The translations under genes and the position numbers were made by a program. Positions 32,527 through 41,426 of a stretch of 46,790 bases of DNA are shown here, in pieces (the stretch's first letter is position 1; every line of letters starts with the position of its first letter). The stretch covers positions 1-46,790 of the forward strand of contig JBAXFD010000001.1 in NCBI GenBank assembly GCA_037140095.1, given 5' to 3'. Source of the DNA: Candidatus Saccharimonadota bacterium (GTDB lineage Bacteria; Patescibacteriota; Saccharimonadia; Saccharimonadales; Saccharimonadaceae). The notes beneath the pieces are model-generated. The model was not told where the DNA came from, made no database searches, and saw nothing but the letters and a program-made list of their open reading frames with translations.

Positions 32527-32672
32527 AAAGTTCATTTGCAAGGTCCGACCCTGCAATGAGATCCTGAGATTTGGAAAAGAGCAGCCCAAGCAGCGGATTC
32601 ATTCCGTGCGTGGCGCGATGAGAAAAAACCTTGGGTTTGTCTAATGGGGTTTCTAGGACGGACCCCGCAAAG
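32525..32672. repeat. MITE/REP-like intergenic repeat, copy 3 (full length)
   Basis: Near-identical left end to copy 2; right end CTAGGACGGACCCCGCAAAGG. Confidence 0.75.
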
Positions 32673-32682
32673 GTATTCCAAG

Positions 32683-32691
32683 TGGTATAAT
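32683..32691 (+). promoter_or_regulatory. extended -10 box TGGTATAAT, 6 nt upstream of the ATG at 32698 (leaderless-type)
   Basis: tggtataat-ttatcc-ATG. Confidence 0.45.
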
Positions 32692-32697
32692 TTATCC

Positions 32698-33375
32698 ATG
32701 ATCAAGGTTAATTTATTAGTAGCAAATGCGAACGATAACTTTTCATCTAATCAGTTAGATATTTTTAATCAAGCGGTTGTAGCGGTAGAGAAATTTATCG
32801 CTGATAATTTTGATTTGGACTATGAGGTTGATGTGGTTGTTGTTTCGCCTTCTTATTTATTAAAGACAATTCCCGAAGACGGCATCGGCGGCAGAACGTA
32901 TCGGTCAGATTTAATAGTGATTACTGTTGATACAGAATCGGAATTATCCGAAGATTTCTTCTACGAGACATTGTGCCATGAATTGTCTCATTCAATCCGT
33001 TGGAATCAAGTGTCGGAACATACGGTAACATTATTAGATGATATTGTGTTGGAGGGTCTGGCAATAGTGTTAGAAGAAAAGGCGATGAACGATAGCGGTA
33101 GGCCCAATGTTCAATATTTTTTGAAACAAATGCATGCAATGGACGAGCAGACTGCTAATGATATTTTGGCTAATTTGAAAAATAAACTTAATGACAAAGA
33201 ATATGATTACGAAAAGACATTTATTAGTGGTGATGAAGATCTGCCGAGATGGGCCGGTTATAAATTAGGCTATTGGCTAATTAAAGAGTCATTGGCCAAT
33301 AAATGCACAGAAATTGCCAGCGCAACATTGGATAGCTATAAAAATCTGAAAAATAATTTAAAAACCCCATCGTGA
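32698..33375 (+). CDS. putative Zn-dependent protease (HExxH; DUF2268-like)
   Basis: ...ETLCHELSHSIRWN... The track start 32644 lies inside the repeat, so ATG 32698 is preferred. Confidence 0.55.
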   Translation: MIKVNLLVANANDNFSSNQLDIFNQAVVAVEKFIADNFDLDYEVDVVVVSPSYLLKTIPEDGIGGRTYRSDLIVITVDTESELSEDFFYETLCHELSHSIRWNQVSEHTVTLLDDIVLEGLAIVLEEKAMNDSGRPNVQYFLKQMHAMDEQTANDILANLKNKLNDKEYDYEKTFISGDEDLPRWAGYKLGYWLIKESLANKCTEIASATLDSYKNLKNNLKTPS

Positions 33376-33399
33376 TATGCGTAACGATTGGTCATATGC

Positions 33400-33457
33400 G
33401 GGTGATTACTTAGTCGTAACATAAAAACCTCATTTGCAAGGTCCGGCCCTGCAATGG
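33400..33457. repeat. partial copy of the repeat left end plus ~26 nt of the 3' tail of gene 31810..32526
   Basis: GGGTGATTACTTAGTCGTAACATAAAAACCTCATTTGCAAGGTCCGGCCCTGCAATGG versus GGGCGATTACGTAGTTAGAACATAAAAAGTTCATTTGCAAGGTCCGACCCTGCAATGA. Confidence 0.6.
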
Positions 33458-33542
33458 ACAAAGATTGTAAGATAAATAAAATAGCTCCCAGCAACACCGT
33501 AAGGTATTACTAGGAGCTTTACAGCACATAATCTGGATAATT

Positions 33543-33872
33543 TTAATCTTCCTCTTTATCCAGAATCAGCCATACTGAGAACCCAGGTATCATCATGATG
33601 TCTATAAGGCCTTTGCCTACGCTTACACGAGTGCCTTCGGGGCTTGCTGCCTCAAAAAGGTTCTTGACGTCTGCCCAGTCCATTTTACATAGATCACGTC
33701 CAGATTTCATTGACATATACACAAAGTGCTTGCTTGCAATCCCAGGGCCACCGTTAGCATAATCTTTAACGGCACGGTCGTGTAACTGCTTTATCAACTT
33801 GTCCATATTAATAGACTTTTCTAGGGTGTTTCTTATGGCGCTGTCATGTGCTTCTTTGTTAATAATATTCAT
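33543..33872 (-). CDS. hypothetical protein
   Basis: 109-aa ORF with a strong SD (AAGGAGGTGA) and a downstream hairpin with T-run. Confidence 0.55.
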   Translation of the reverse strand: MNIINKEAHDSAIRNTLEKSINMDKLIKQLHDRAVKDYANGGPGIASKHFVYMSMKSGRDLCKMDWADVKNLFEAASPEGTRVSVGKGLIDIMMIPGFSVWLILDKEED

Positions 33873-33966
33873 TTATCTCACCTCCTTGGATGAAAAATCT
33901 ACTCTTTAACCCGAGCGCGGGGCTAATATTAACAAGAATAACTCTATTATAGCACATGTCAGTTAG

Positions 33967-33985
33967 TATGTCAATTTATGACATA
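33967..33985. promoter_or_regulatory. palindromic operator candidate TATGTCA-N5-TGACATA
   Basis: Perfect 7-bp arms plus a third ATGTCA half-site at 33956-33961, in the divergent intergenic region between 33872(-) and 34120(+). Confidence 0.3.
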
Positions 33986-34119
33986 TAGTTTTACAAAAGA
34001 TTTGGCGGTTTTTCTATATTTTAAAGTTTGTGGTTTAATAGGGTTAGAAATCAACTAAAATAAAAACAGCTGATATTGTTTGAAATAGTCATAAAGTTGT
34101 TGTATAATATAGGATAGTT

Positions 34120-35256
34120 ATGAATGAAAATAGCAAATATGCGAAACCGTTAGATCTCTCAATTAAAACACCTTATCTACTGATTAACTTGGATAAGATT
34201 TGTGAATCGTATAATAAAATATCAAAGTTTTTTGAAGATATTGAGATTTTTTATGCCATCAAGGCAAATCCAAATCCAAAAATTATGAAGACTGTTTTGG
34301 ATTGCGGGAGCGGATTTGAGATTTCTTCTGCTTTTGAAATGTTCAAAGCTCTAGAGGCTGGCGAGAAGCCTGAGAGGATATTGTTTAGCAACCCAATTAA
34401 AACATTTGATGATATAAAAGCGGCTTTTGATGCAGGGGTGCAGTATTTTGCCTTCGATAGCATTAGTGAAATCGATAAACTAGCCGAAGCCGCACCAAAC
34501 GCTAAAGTTTATGTTCGGCTATCAATACCGGTTCGAAAAAGCACGGTTGCGAGCGAGGGTAAGTTCGGGGTATCAATAGAGCAAGCACTAGACCTAATGG
34601 TCTATGCAAAGAGCAAGGGGCTCGTACCATACGGAGTGTCCTTCCATGTAGGTTCACAAATGCTAGACAACGACTCTTGGGGTTATGGTATACAGCATAG
34701 CGCCAAATTGTTCAACATGCTCAAGAAGAAAGGTATAAAATTAGAATTCTTGGATATAGGTGGTGGATTCCCTGTTTGTTACCAGGATGTTCAGCGTGAT
34801 AATTTGGACAAGATATCCAAGATAATTCTAAAATCAGTCAAAAAGTATTTGCCCAAAGGGACTCGGGTTGTGGCCGAGCCAGGCCGATATATTGTTGCCG
34901 AGTCTGGCACCATGGTTAGCTCGGTTATTGGTACCGCTGAGAGGTTTGGCAAGAAATGGTTGCATTTAGATGTTGGGGCGAATAACGGGATGATGGAAGC
35001 AGTCCAGACTTCAAACGCCTTGCTGTTCCCTGTCGGTGATTCATGTAGGTCTTCAGAAAAAGAGATATTTACACTAACTGGCCCTACCTGCGATAGTCAA
35101 GATACAATATTATTTGATGTGCCAGTTTCATCCAATATACAGATTGGTGATATTATATATTTCGAATTCGCTGGTTCATACACGACAGCCATGACAGAAA
35201 ACTTTAATGGGTTCCCAGACCCCGAGACTTTGATAGTAGATAATCGTAAAGGTTAA
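34120..35256 (+). CDS. PLP-dependent ornithine/lysine/DAP decarboxylase family (group IV, ODC-like)
   Basis: FYAIKANPNP (PLP Lys), HVGSQ, GGGFPV, EPGRYIV and GPTCDSQD. Confidence 0.85.
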   Translation: MNENSKYAKPLDLSIKTPYLLINLDKICESYNKISKFFEDIEIFYAIKANPNPKIMKTVLDCGSGFEISSAFEMFKALEAGEKPERILFSNPIKTFDDIKAAFDAGVQYFAFDSISEIDKLAEAAPNAKVYVRLSIPVRKSTVASEGKFGVSIEQALDLMVYAKSKGLVPYGVSFHVGSQMLDNDSWGYGIQHSAKLFNMLKKKGIKLEFLDIGGGFPVCYQDVQRDNLDKISKIILKSVKKYLPKGTRVVAEPGRYIVAESGTMVSSVIGTAERFGKKWLHLDVGANNGMMEAVQTSNALLFPVGDSCRSSEKEIFTLTGPTCDSQDTILFDVPVSSNIQIGDIIYFEFAGSYTTAMTENFNGFPDPETLIVDNRKG

Positions 35257-35258
35257 TT

Positions 35259-36488
35259 ATGGCTGACGGAAAATCTAAAGATAACAACGAAAAAAGTTTT
35301 ACGCCTATTGAAAAATTAGAATTGAATGCAGAACGTCCTGCAGTTGATTTTAATAGCTATGCCGAGATATGTAATTACAATAACGACAGTTCTAGGCGTC
35401 GTGGGATATTATCACCAGAAATGTATGCTGATATTATTCAGGATGATAGTACTGGTTTTATAGAATCAGATGGGGTGCAAATACCAGCGTTGATAGACAT
35501 TAAACATGGTCTAGCTATGGGTTACGATGCCGATAAATGTAAAAAATATGCCGAGGAAATATCTGATAATGTAAAAATTTTATCCGTTCCGTTCCACGAA
35601 TTGGATGAATCAGAAAAAGAACAGGTTACAAAATTATTGCAAGAAAATGGTAAATGCGCGATTTATTTTTGCGATCACGAGAATGATGAATCTATGGCTT
35701 TGGGCGAATATTTGAAAAAACATGATATAGAATTTTCTGAAAAACCATTGATTGATACGAGAGCCGCAGCAGGAGACGAGCAGGCAGCGTTGTCTCTATA
35801 CTCTTGTTTTGTTGAAAATACAAATGAGTATTCAGGAGACAAGCCTGTTGATTTACGCGATATAAAAGATTATTTTGATAAAAATATTGGTCCAGTTATT
35901 TCTGATAGTGGTAAAACGGCAACAACTCTAAATATGGGAGACAATATCTCTGATGATGAAGCTGATGAGATGTGGAAAATATTTAATTCTAGATTTGATT
36001 TTCTTGGGGAGAACCACCCATTATCAATGCAGGATACAAAGGATGATTTTTTATTACCGCTAAGGTCAAAAGATTCAATTATAGCAGCCACATATAATAT
36101 AGATGAAGATGGGTCGGCAAGACAGCTGGTTTGTTTTACTTATTTTATAAATAATGTAGACAGTTTATATTGGCTTAATAGTAAATATATAGAGCAAGAG
36201 TTTATAATAGATTCTGGTAAAAGGAGTGGTGTTATTAATATCTATACACCAGGTTTAGTTTCTTCTGCAGTTGGGGCTAGCTATGCGTCATTACCGATTG
36301 GTCTATTTACGACCGTATGTGATTCAGCGGGTATCAGTGACAATGTATTATATGAGAACACTAATTTTTCTAAGAGATATATACCTAGGATTGTTGATCG
36401 AGCAACAAGTAGAGCGTGCAAGGGGTCTCTTTATCACAAATCTAAAATCATTGATGAAGTTACATATCGTTTGTGGTCTATAAGCTAA
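35259..36488 (+). CDS. hypothetical protein
   Basis: 409-aa ORF starting 2 nt after the decarboxylase stop (same operon). No motif recognised. Confidence 0.5.
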   Translation: MADGKSKDNNEKSFTPIEKLELNAERPAVDFNSYAEICNYNNDSSRRRGILSPEMYADIIQDDSTGFIESDGVQIPALIDIKHGLAMGYDADKCKKYAEEISDNVKILSVPFHELDESEKEQVTKLLQENGKCAIYFCDHENDESMALGEYLKKHDIEFSEKPLIDTRAAAGDEQAALSLYSCFVENTNEYSGDKPVDLRDIKDYFDKNIGPVISDSGKTATTLNMGDNISDDEADEMWKIFNSRFDFLGENHPLSMQDTKDDFLLPLRSKDSIIAATYNIDEDGSARQLVCFTYFINNVDSLYWLNSKYIEQEFIIDSGKRSGVINIYTPGLVSSAVGASYASLPIGLFTTVCDSAGISDNVLYENTNFSKRYIPRIVDRATSRACKGSLYHKSKIIDEVTYRLWSIS

Positions 36489-37473
36489 GTGGTTTTATAG
36501 TCTTTTTCTCTAAAAAGCGGGAAGGTGGTAAATGTTCTTTGAAGCTCCTTAAACCCTCTATGCCAAGATCTTGTTCAATGTTTATTTCTCCAATATTATC
36601 TTTTTCTAGTATTTTTGATAGTTGATAAACTGTGAAATAGAAGATGTATTTTATAGAATAATCAACTTTTAGATGGTTACCCCCAGCGGTATCATTATCT
36701 AAGTAAGAGACTAGACCCAATGAGGTAATTTTACCATTTATTTTTATTATTAAAGCCTTCTTGCCAAATTGTGAGGCGTATTTCATATTATTTTTTATGG
36801 CAATTGGTTCATTGATATTATTTGCCGCTGAGAATGGGTTATTATTCATAGGCATTGTCTTTATGTGTTTTAGGAACGCTTTTTTGATTTGATTATTAAA
36901 CTTTTTATAGTAAAGTATTTCTATTTTATCCTTTGCGTGTTCTTTTTCGAATAGTTTAATTCTTCTGCGTTGGTCACTAAAATATTTACCATTCATCAAA
37001 CACTGCTGACGTGTATCTAATATATATTCATAGCTATCACGATCATCTTCTATAATCCATTTATTTTTATCTAGTTTGTCGCATATTTTTGAAGGTATTT
37101 CACGGATCTCAAGTGGTAGGTTATGTTGTTTTAAATATTTCATTATATCTTCAATAACTTTGTCGCTAATGGAATTAGCAATCGGGATTATGTTAAACTT
37201 ATTGTCATTTAATACATTAGTATATTTGATTATCAAAGTATCATTTAAATCACTGATCATTAAGTCATTTTTCATATTAAGCCAAGCTATCATATTCTCT
37301 GGATGTAAGTCAGCGTAAGGGTTTATACCTTGACTTATATAATATTCATAATACCAATCACTGTCTTTGATGGTAAAAGGTCTGAATTTTGGAAATTTTG
37401 GTATTGTTTTGGCCATTTTATATTTGTGATATTCTGTTATTTTACCGAATTGCTTATGTATACACGGTAGCAT
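36478..37473 (-). CDS. DUF2156-like protein (MprF C-terminal / aminoacyl-tRNA-dependent transferase fold)
   Basis: FRPFTIKDSDWYYEYY...YADLHPENMIAWL... and C-terminal NIEQDLGIEGLRSFKEHLPPS fit the DUF2156 pattern. An alternative start is ATG 37416. Confidence 0.55.
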   Translation of the reverse strand: MLPCIHKQFGKITEYHKYKMAKTIPKFPKFRPFTIKDSDWYYEYYISQGINPYADLHPENMIAWLNMKNDLMISDLNDTLIIKYTNVLNDNKFNIIPIANSISDKVIEDIMKYLKQHNLPLEIREIPSKICDKLDKNKWIIEDDRDSYEYILDTRQQCLMNGKYFSDQRRRIKLFEKEHAKDKIEILYYKKFNNQIKKAFLKHIKTMPMNNNPFSAANNINEPIAIKNNMKYASQFGKKALIIKINGKITSLGLVSYLDNDTAGGNHLKVDYSIKYIFYFTVYQLSKILEKDNIGEINIEQDLGIEGLRSFKEHLPPSRFLEKKTIKPLSL

Positions 37474-37493
37474 TTATCAGTTACAATATCAAC

Positions 37494-39671
37494 GTGGACA
37501 TAGCATTATTCTTAATTAATTTGTTTTCGATTGTTGGTATATTTGCCATCGCTGCAATTATACTGATGAGCGGCTTTAGTAGGCAGAAGTTGTTTTTTGC
37601 ATTGTTTATAGGCTCTTTGTGTGTCTGGTTGTTACTTCAATGTTCTGCACAGTTTTTTTCATTGAACGGAGAGATAGGCTTAAGATTAATTCAAATCGAC
37701 TCGTTAATCCCTTTTGTGTCAGCTTTGCTATTTCTTTTCTTCATTAGAGAATATTTAGGCAAGAGTATCCCCAAAAAAATATATGTTTTTTCCTTAATAT
37801 TTACTATTGCAGAGATTTTTTTAAATATATCTGGCTTAATGATTCAGGAAGCCTGGGGTGAGCCAGCTGGAGTGGTTACTAATAAATTTACAGAATTATA
37901 TTTAATATATTCACTAGTAATTGGTTTGGTTTTTTTGGTGCCTATAATACAATTGATAAAAAATAGTTTATCTAACAAAATAGAGAAAGAGAAGTCTCGT
38001 AATAGATTGATAATTATTGCAATATTACAAATTGTGATTATTTCAATATTGTCGGCCTTTTTGCTTTCATCATCTGCGATAGCACAAATGACAACGCCGA
38101 TATCTATATTAATAATGGCCGTTATGATTGGTTTTGCAATAATAAGGCATGGTTTATTCGACATAAAATCCGCAATTATCCGCACCTCTGCCTATGCCTT
38201 GTCGCTAATAACTTTGGCGGCGGTTTATTTTGGGCTGGCGTATTTGACTTCAATGATTATGTTCAGCGGGCAGTCTTCGCAAGCTGTCAGTGTGAATCCC
38301 GTAAATATTATCCTGGCGCTGTTGTTAGCGTTTATATTCCAACCGGTTAAACGTTTCTTTGACAAAATCACCAATAAGATATTTTACAAAGACAATTACA
38401 ACACTGACGACTTCTTTGCGAAGTTGAATAAGATTTTAGGGTTTACTACGGATTTGAGAGGATTACTGGAGCATACGGCGACTACGATAGGGCAGACACT
38501 GAAAGGCGAACAGGCTTTCTTCTTTATCAATATGGGCGATGGACATTATGTTACGGCCGGGTCGCCAAAACATAAGGTCCTGCCAAAATCTGATGCTGAT
38601 CAATTAGGCACGGTTCCGCCAACTAAAAACGGCGTTATTATTGCTTCGTTATTAGAAGATGCAGATCCAATAAAACGATTGATGATATCGCATCGAATCG
38701 AATTGGTTCTACTGCTAGTACAAGATGGCAAGGCGCTGGGATATCTGTGTCTGGGTGATCATTTGACTTCTAGCTATACTAACCGCGATATTAAAGTGTT
38801 GAACACGATTTCTAACGAATTAATCATTGCCATTCAAAACGCCCTAGCAGTGCAAGAAATTCGCGAATTTAATATCACGTTGCAACAGCGAATTGCCAAT
38901 GCAACCAGGGAACTGCGTGCCAGTAACGCTCAATTGCGTCATCTGGATAAAGCAAAGGACGAGTTCCTCAGCATGGCCTCACACCAGCTACGAACGCCGC
39001 TGACCAGCGTCAAAGGCTATATATCAATGATTATGGATGGCGACGCCGGCAAGGTCACTAGTGACCAAAAGAAGCTATTGGGTGAGGCATTCGGTAACAG
39101 CGAACGCATGGTCGGGTTAATCAACGATTTTCTATCTGTTTCGCGTATTCAAACTGGTAGGTTCGTAATCGATAAAACCCCATTAGATTTATCATTGGTG
39201 GTCGAACAAGAAACTAACAGTTTGAAACAAAACGCCAGCGCCCGTCAGATGGAATTGGTATATGAGAAACAACCAGATTTCCCAATGTTGGATATAGATG
39301 AGGGCAAGATTCGCCAGGTCATAATGAATTTCATAGACAACGCTATCTATTATTCACATCCAGGCACGTCAATTAATGTCAGTATGCAGGTCCAGGGCAA
39401 AGACGTGGTGTTTACAGTAAAAGATACCGGCATTGGTGTTCCGGCTAGCGAACGCGACGAATTGTTTACGAAATTTTATCGAGCCAGCAATGCCAAGAAA
39501 ACGCGCCCAGATGGTACCGGTGTTGGGCTGTTTTTGGCAAAGAAAATTGTTGATGACCACGACGGCAAAATTATATTTGAATCAGTAGAGGGTAAGGGAA
39601 GTACGTTCGGTTTTAGTCTACCAATAAAAGAATTAGCTGCCGCTGACCAGGCCGACGATTTGAAAAATTAG
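37494..39671 (+). CDS. membrane sensor histidine kinase
   Basis: Multi-TM N-terminus, H-box SHQLRTPL, N-box NFIDNAIYY, G1 VKDTGIGV and G2 GTGVGL. GTG 37494 sits 6 nt after a TACAAT box. The track start 37389 overlaps the convergent-start gene. Confidence 0.85.
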   Translation: MDIALFLINLFSIVGIFAIAAIILMSGFSRQKLFFALFIGSLCVWLLLQCSAQFFSLNGEIGLRLIQIDSLIPFVSALLFLFFIREYLGKSIPKKIYVFSLIFTIAEIFLNISGLMIQEAWGEPAGVVTNKFTELYLIYSLVIGLVFLVPIIQLIKNSLSNKIEKEKSRNRLIIIAILQIVIISILSAFLLSSSAIAQMTTPISILIMAVMIGFAIIRHGLFDIKSAIIRTSAYALSLITLAAVYFGLAYLTSMIMFSGQSSQAVSVNPVNIILALLLAFIFQPVKRFFDKITNKIFYKDNYNTDDFFAKLNKILGFTTDLRGLLEHTATTIGQTLKGEQAFFFINMGDGHYVTAGSPKHKVLPKSDADQLGTVPPTKNGVIIASLLEDADPIKRLMISHRIELVLLLVQDGKALGYLCLGDHLTSSYTNRDIKVLNTISNELIIAIQNALAVQEIREFNITLQQRIANATRELRASNAQLRHLDKAKDEFLSMASHQLRTPLTSVKGYISMIMDGDAGKVTSDQKKLLGEAFGNSERMVGLINDFLSVSRIQTGRFVIDKTPLDLSLVVEQETNSLKQNASARQMELVYEKQPDFPMLDIDEGKIRQVIMNFIDNAIYYSHPGTSINVSMQVQGKDVVFTVKDTGIGVPASERDELFTKFYRASNAKKTRPDGTGVGLFLAKKIVDDHDGKIIFESVEGKGSTFGFSLPIKELAAADQADDLKN

Positions 39672-39823
39672 TTTTAGTATTGCTATTAAATAAAATATGT
39701 TATAAAGATATTGTATTTTAAGGTGTTCTGTGATAAATTTATTGATAAATGGGATGAAGTATTCTCATAGTATTTTTATATGTCATACCATTCCCGAATA
39801 ACTAGTGAAAGAAGGTGAGCAAT

Positions 39824-39931
39824 TTGAAGACTAGACTTGGTAAGAGGTCATGTGTTGTGTTTGCAGGTAATCGTAACCGCATCATCGCAACACGTGAGTC
39901 TACTGGCGCTTTTAAGTATAAGGCCCAGTAA
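39824..39931 (+). CDS. 35-aa basic peptide, candidate RiPP precursor (TTG start; not in ORF track)
   Basis: (M)KTRLGKRSCVVFAGNRNRIIATRESTGAFKYKAQ. GAAGGTGAG SD lies 5 nt upstream, and an in-frame GTG at 39815 is an alternative start. It lies 88 nt upstream of an RRE-containing radical SAM gene. Confidence 0.35.
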   Translation: MKTRLGKRSCVVFAGNRNRIIATRESTGAFKYKAQ

Positions 39932-39964
39932 TTGTATTTGTCAGCCATCGTTGTTTGGTCACTT

Positions 39965-39991
39965 GACGGCAGGCCCCTGGGGCTTGTCGTC
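39965..39991 (+). other. GC-rich intercistronic hairpin between peptide ORF and radical SAM gene
   Basis: GACGGCAGGCCCC-t-GGGGCTTGTCGTC (two G-U pairs), with no following T-run. Confidence 0.45.
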
Positions 39992-40019
39992 GGACCATAA
40001 AAATTAGGAGGTTTTTTAA

Positions 40020-41384
40020 ATGCTTATTAATTCCAGAGGTGATAATCACCTAGTAGTTAGACCGGACGTTTTGCAATGGGCTATTGTTAATGATACTGGC
40101 TTGGATATAGCCAAGCTTCTTTTTGATGAAGGATTCTCAGTCTCACAGGTCGTTTCGTCGTTATCGGCGGACTATACCAAAGAAGATGTTGAGGAGATGT
40201 GTCAAGAATTGTTGTCGTTGTTTCAGGCTAGCACAGATGAAATTTTCGAAACAACCAAGTCTTTAACTTCGAAAACGACAATTGCTATGATCGCTTTGAC
40301 GGATGTTTGTAATTTGGAATGTCCTCATTGTTATGTTGATGCGAATACTGATGTTGGTCAAGAATTAAGCTTGTCCGAACACAGAGTTATCGCCAACAAA
40401 CTGAAAGAGCAATTGGCTACGAATATCGATACAAAGTATGGGGTTGCATTAACTGGTGGTGAACCGTTTTTGAAATCCGATATTGTCGATATAATCAAGG
40501 CTTATCAGTCGGAAGGTCTAGGAGTAACAATCAGCACGAATGGATTACTGATAACTGAAGATCAAGCTAGATTTTTAGCTGATTCGGATGTTAGTATCTC
40601 GATATCATTAGACGGACCAAACGCTGGTACTCATGATATGATCCGCGGAGAGGGCAACTTTGACCGTGTTATTGATCAAATCAATATGATTGTAGATTGT
40701 GGTGTTCGTGTCGGTATCAATCATCTGGTCCATGAAGCCAATTTTGACCATTTGGAAGAAACCATTACTCTAGCTTACGAGCTTGGCTGTAATGGTTTTA
40801 ATCCTATGAATTTGGTCCAACTTGGCAGAGCTTGCGATTCTCCATTGAAAAGAGTATTGGAAACACAAATCTTCAAGAGGATCGCGGATCACTTGGTTGC
40901 TAATCCAGAAGAATTGTTCTTGTTTGAAAAGACCTCATTGTTTTCATCAATGGGCGCAGCTTTACTCTCTGGTGTAACTTGCAGTTCGTGCGGTTTAGGT
41001 GAGAGACCCTGTGTCTATATCGATTCGATAGGTCGGGTTTTCCCCTGCGCTAATACCCAAAATGATAGATTTTTATTGGGTAATGTCAGGGACAAGTCTT
41101 TGTCTGATATTCTGCCAGTCGATCATCCAATTTTGCAAGAACTGCGATTGCTAAAAGTTGATACTTTGAATGATAAGTGTTCAAAGTGCCAAGTTCGTAG
41201 TTTTTGTGGAGGAGATTGCAGGGGAGAAACTTATGGTGTGACAGGTGATATTCGTGCGCCGTATGTGGCGTGCCAAGATCGTCACGATTCTATCATTGAA
41301 ATGATGTGGATAGTGGCAGAATATCCTGAACTGTTTGAAACGCGTGCGAATGAATTCACGTTTAACGCTCATCTGTCAGTTTAA
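40020..41384 (+). CDS. radical SAM/SPASM maturase with N-terminal PqqD-like RRE domain
   Basis: The N-terminal ~85 aa (VVRPDVLQWAIVNDTGLDIAKLLFDEGFSVSQVVSSL...EEMCQELLSLF) are PqqD-like. Also CNLECPHC and C-terminal CSKCQVRSFCGGDC. TAGGAGG SD. Confidence 0.85.
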   Translation: MLINSRGDNHLVVRPDVLQWAIVNDTGLDIAKLLFDEGFSVSQVVSSLSADYTKEDVEEMCQELLSLFQASTDEIFETTKSLTSKTTIAMIALTDVCNLECPHCYVDANTDVGQELSLSEHRVIANKLKEQLATNIDTKYGVALTGGEPFLKSDIVDIIKAYQSEGLGVTISTNGLLITEDQARFLADSDVSISISLDGPNAGTHDMIRGEGNFDRVIDQINMIVDCGVRVGINHLVHEANFDHLEETITLAYELGCNGFNPMNLVQLGRACDSPLKRVLETQIFKRIADHLVANPEELFLFEKTSLFSSMGAALLSGVTCSSCGLGERPCVYIDSIGRVFPCANTQNDRFLLGNVRDKSLSDILPVDHPILQELRLLKVDTLNDKCSKCQVRSFCGGDCRGETYGVTGDIRAPYVACQDRHDSIIEMMWIVAEYPELFETRANEFTFNAHLSV

Positions 41385-41426
41385 AAAAAGTATTGGGTCA
41401 TTGAAATGTAGCCCGGTACCGTCAGA

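Noticed and set aside
32560-32620. Resemblance of the repeat core (GGAAAAGAGCAGCCCAAGCAGCGG) to SRP/4.5S RNA domain IV (GGAAGCAGCCAAGGCAG).
   Set aside because: There are three or more copies with variable flanks. I could not fold a long 5'/3' pairing hairpin with a GNRA tetraloop, and a ~24-nt insertion would be required. I therefore treat it as probably coincidental. cmsearch with RF00169 would settle it.
39850-39870. 6-codon ORF MCCVCR* inside the candidate precursor region of locus 2 (Cys-rich).
   Set aside because: It is too short, and the AGAGG lies only 2 nt from the ATG. It is an out-of-frame overlap with the better-supported TTG ORF.
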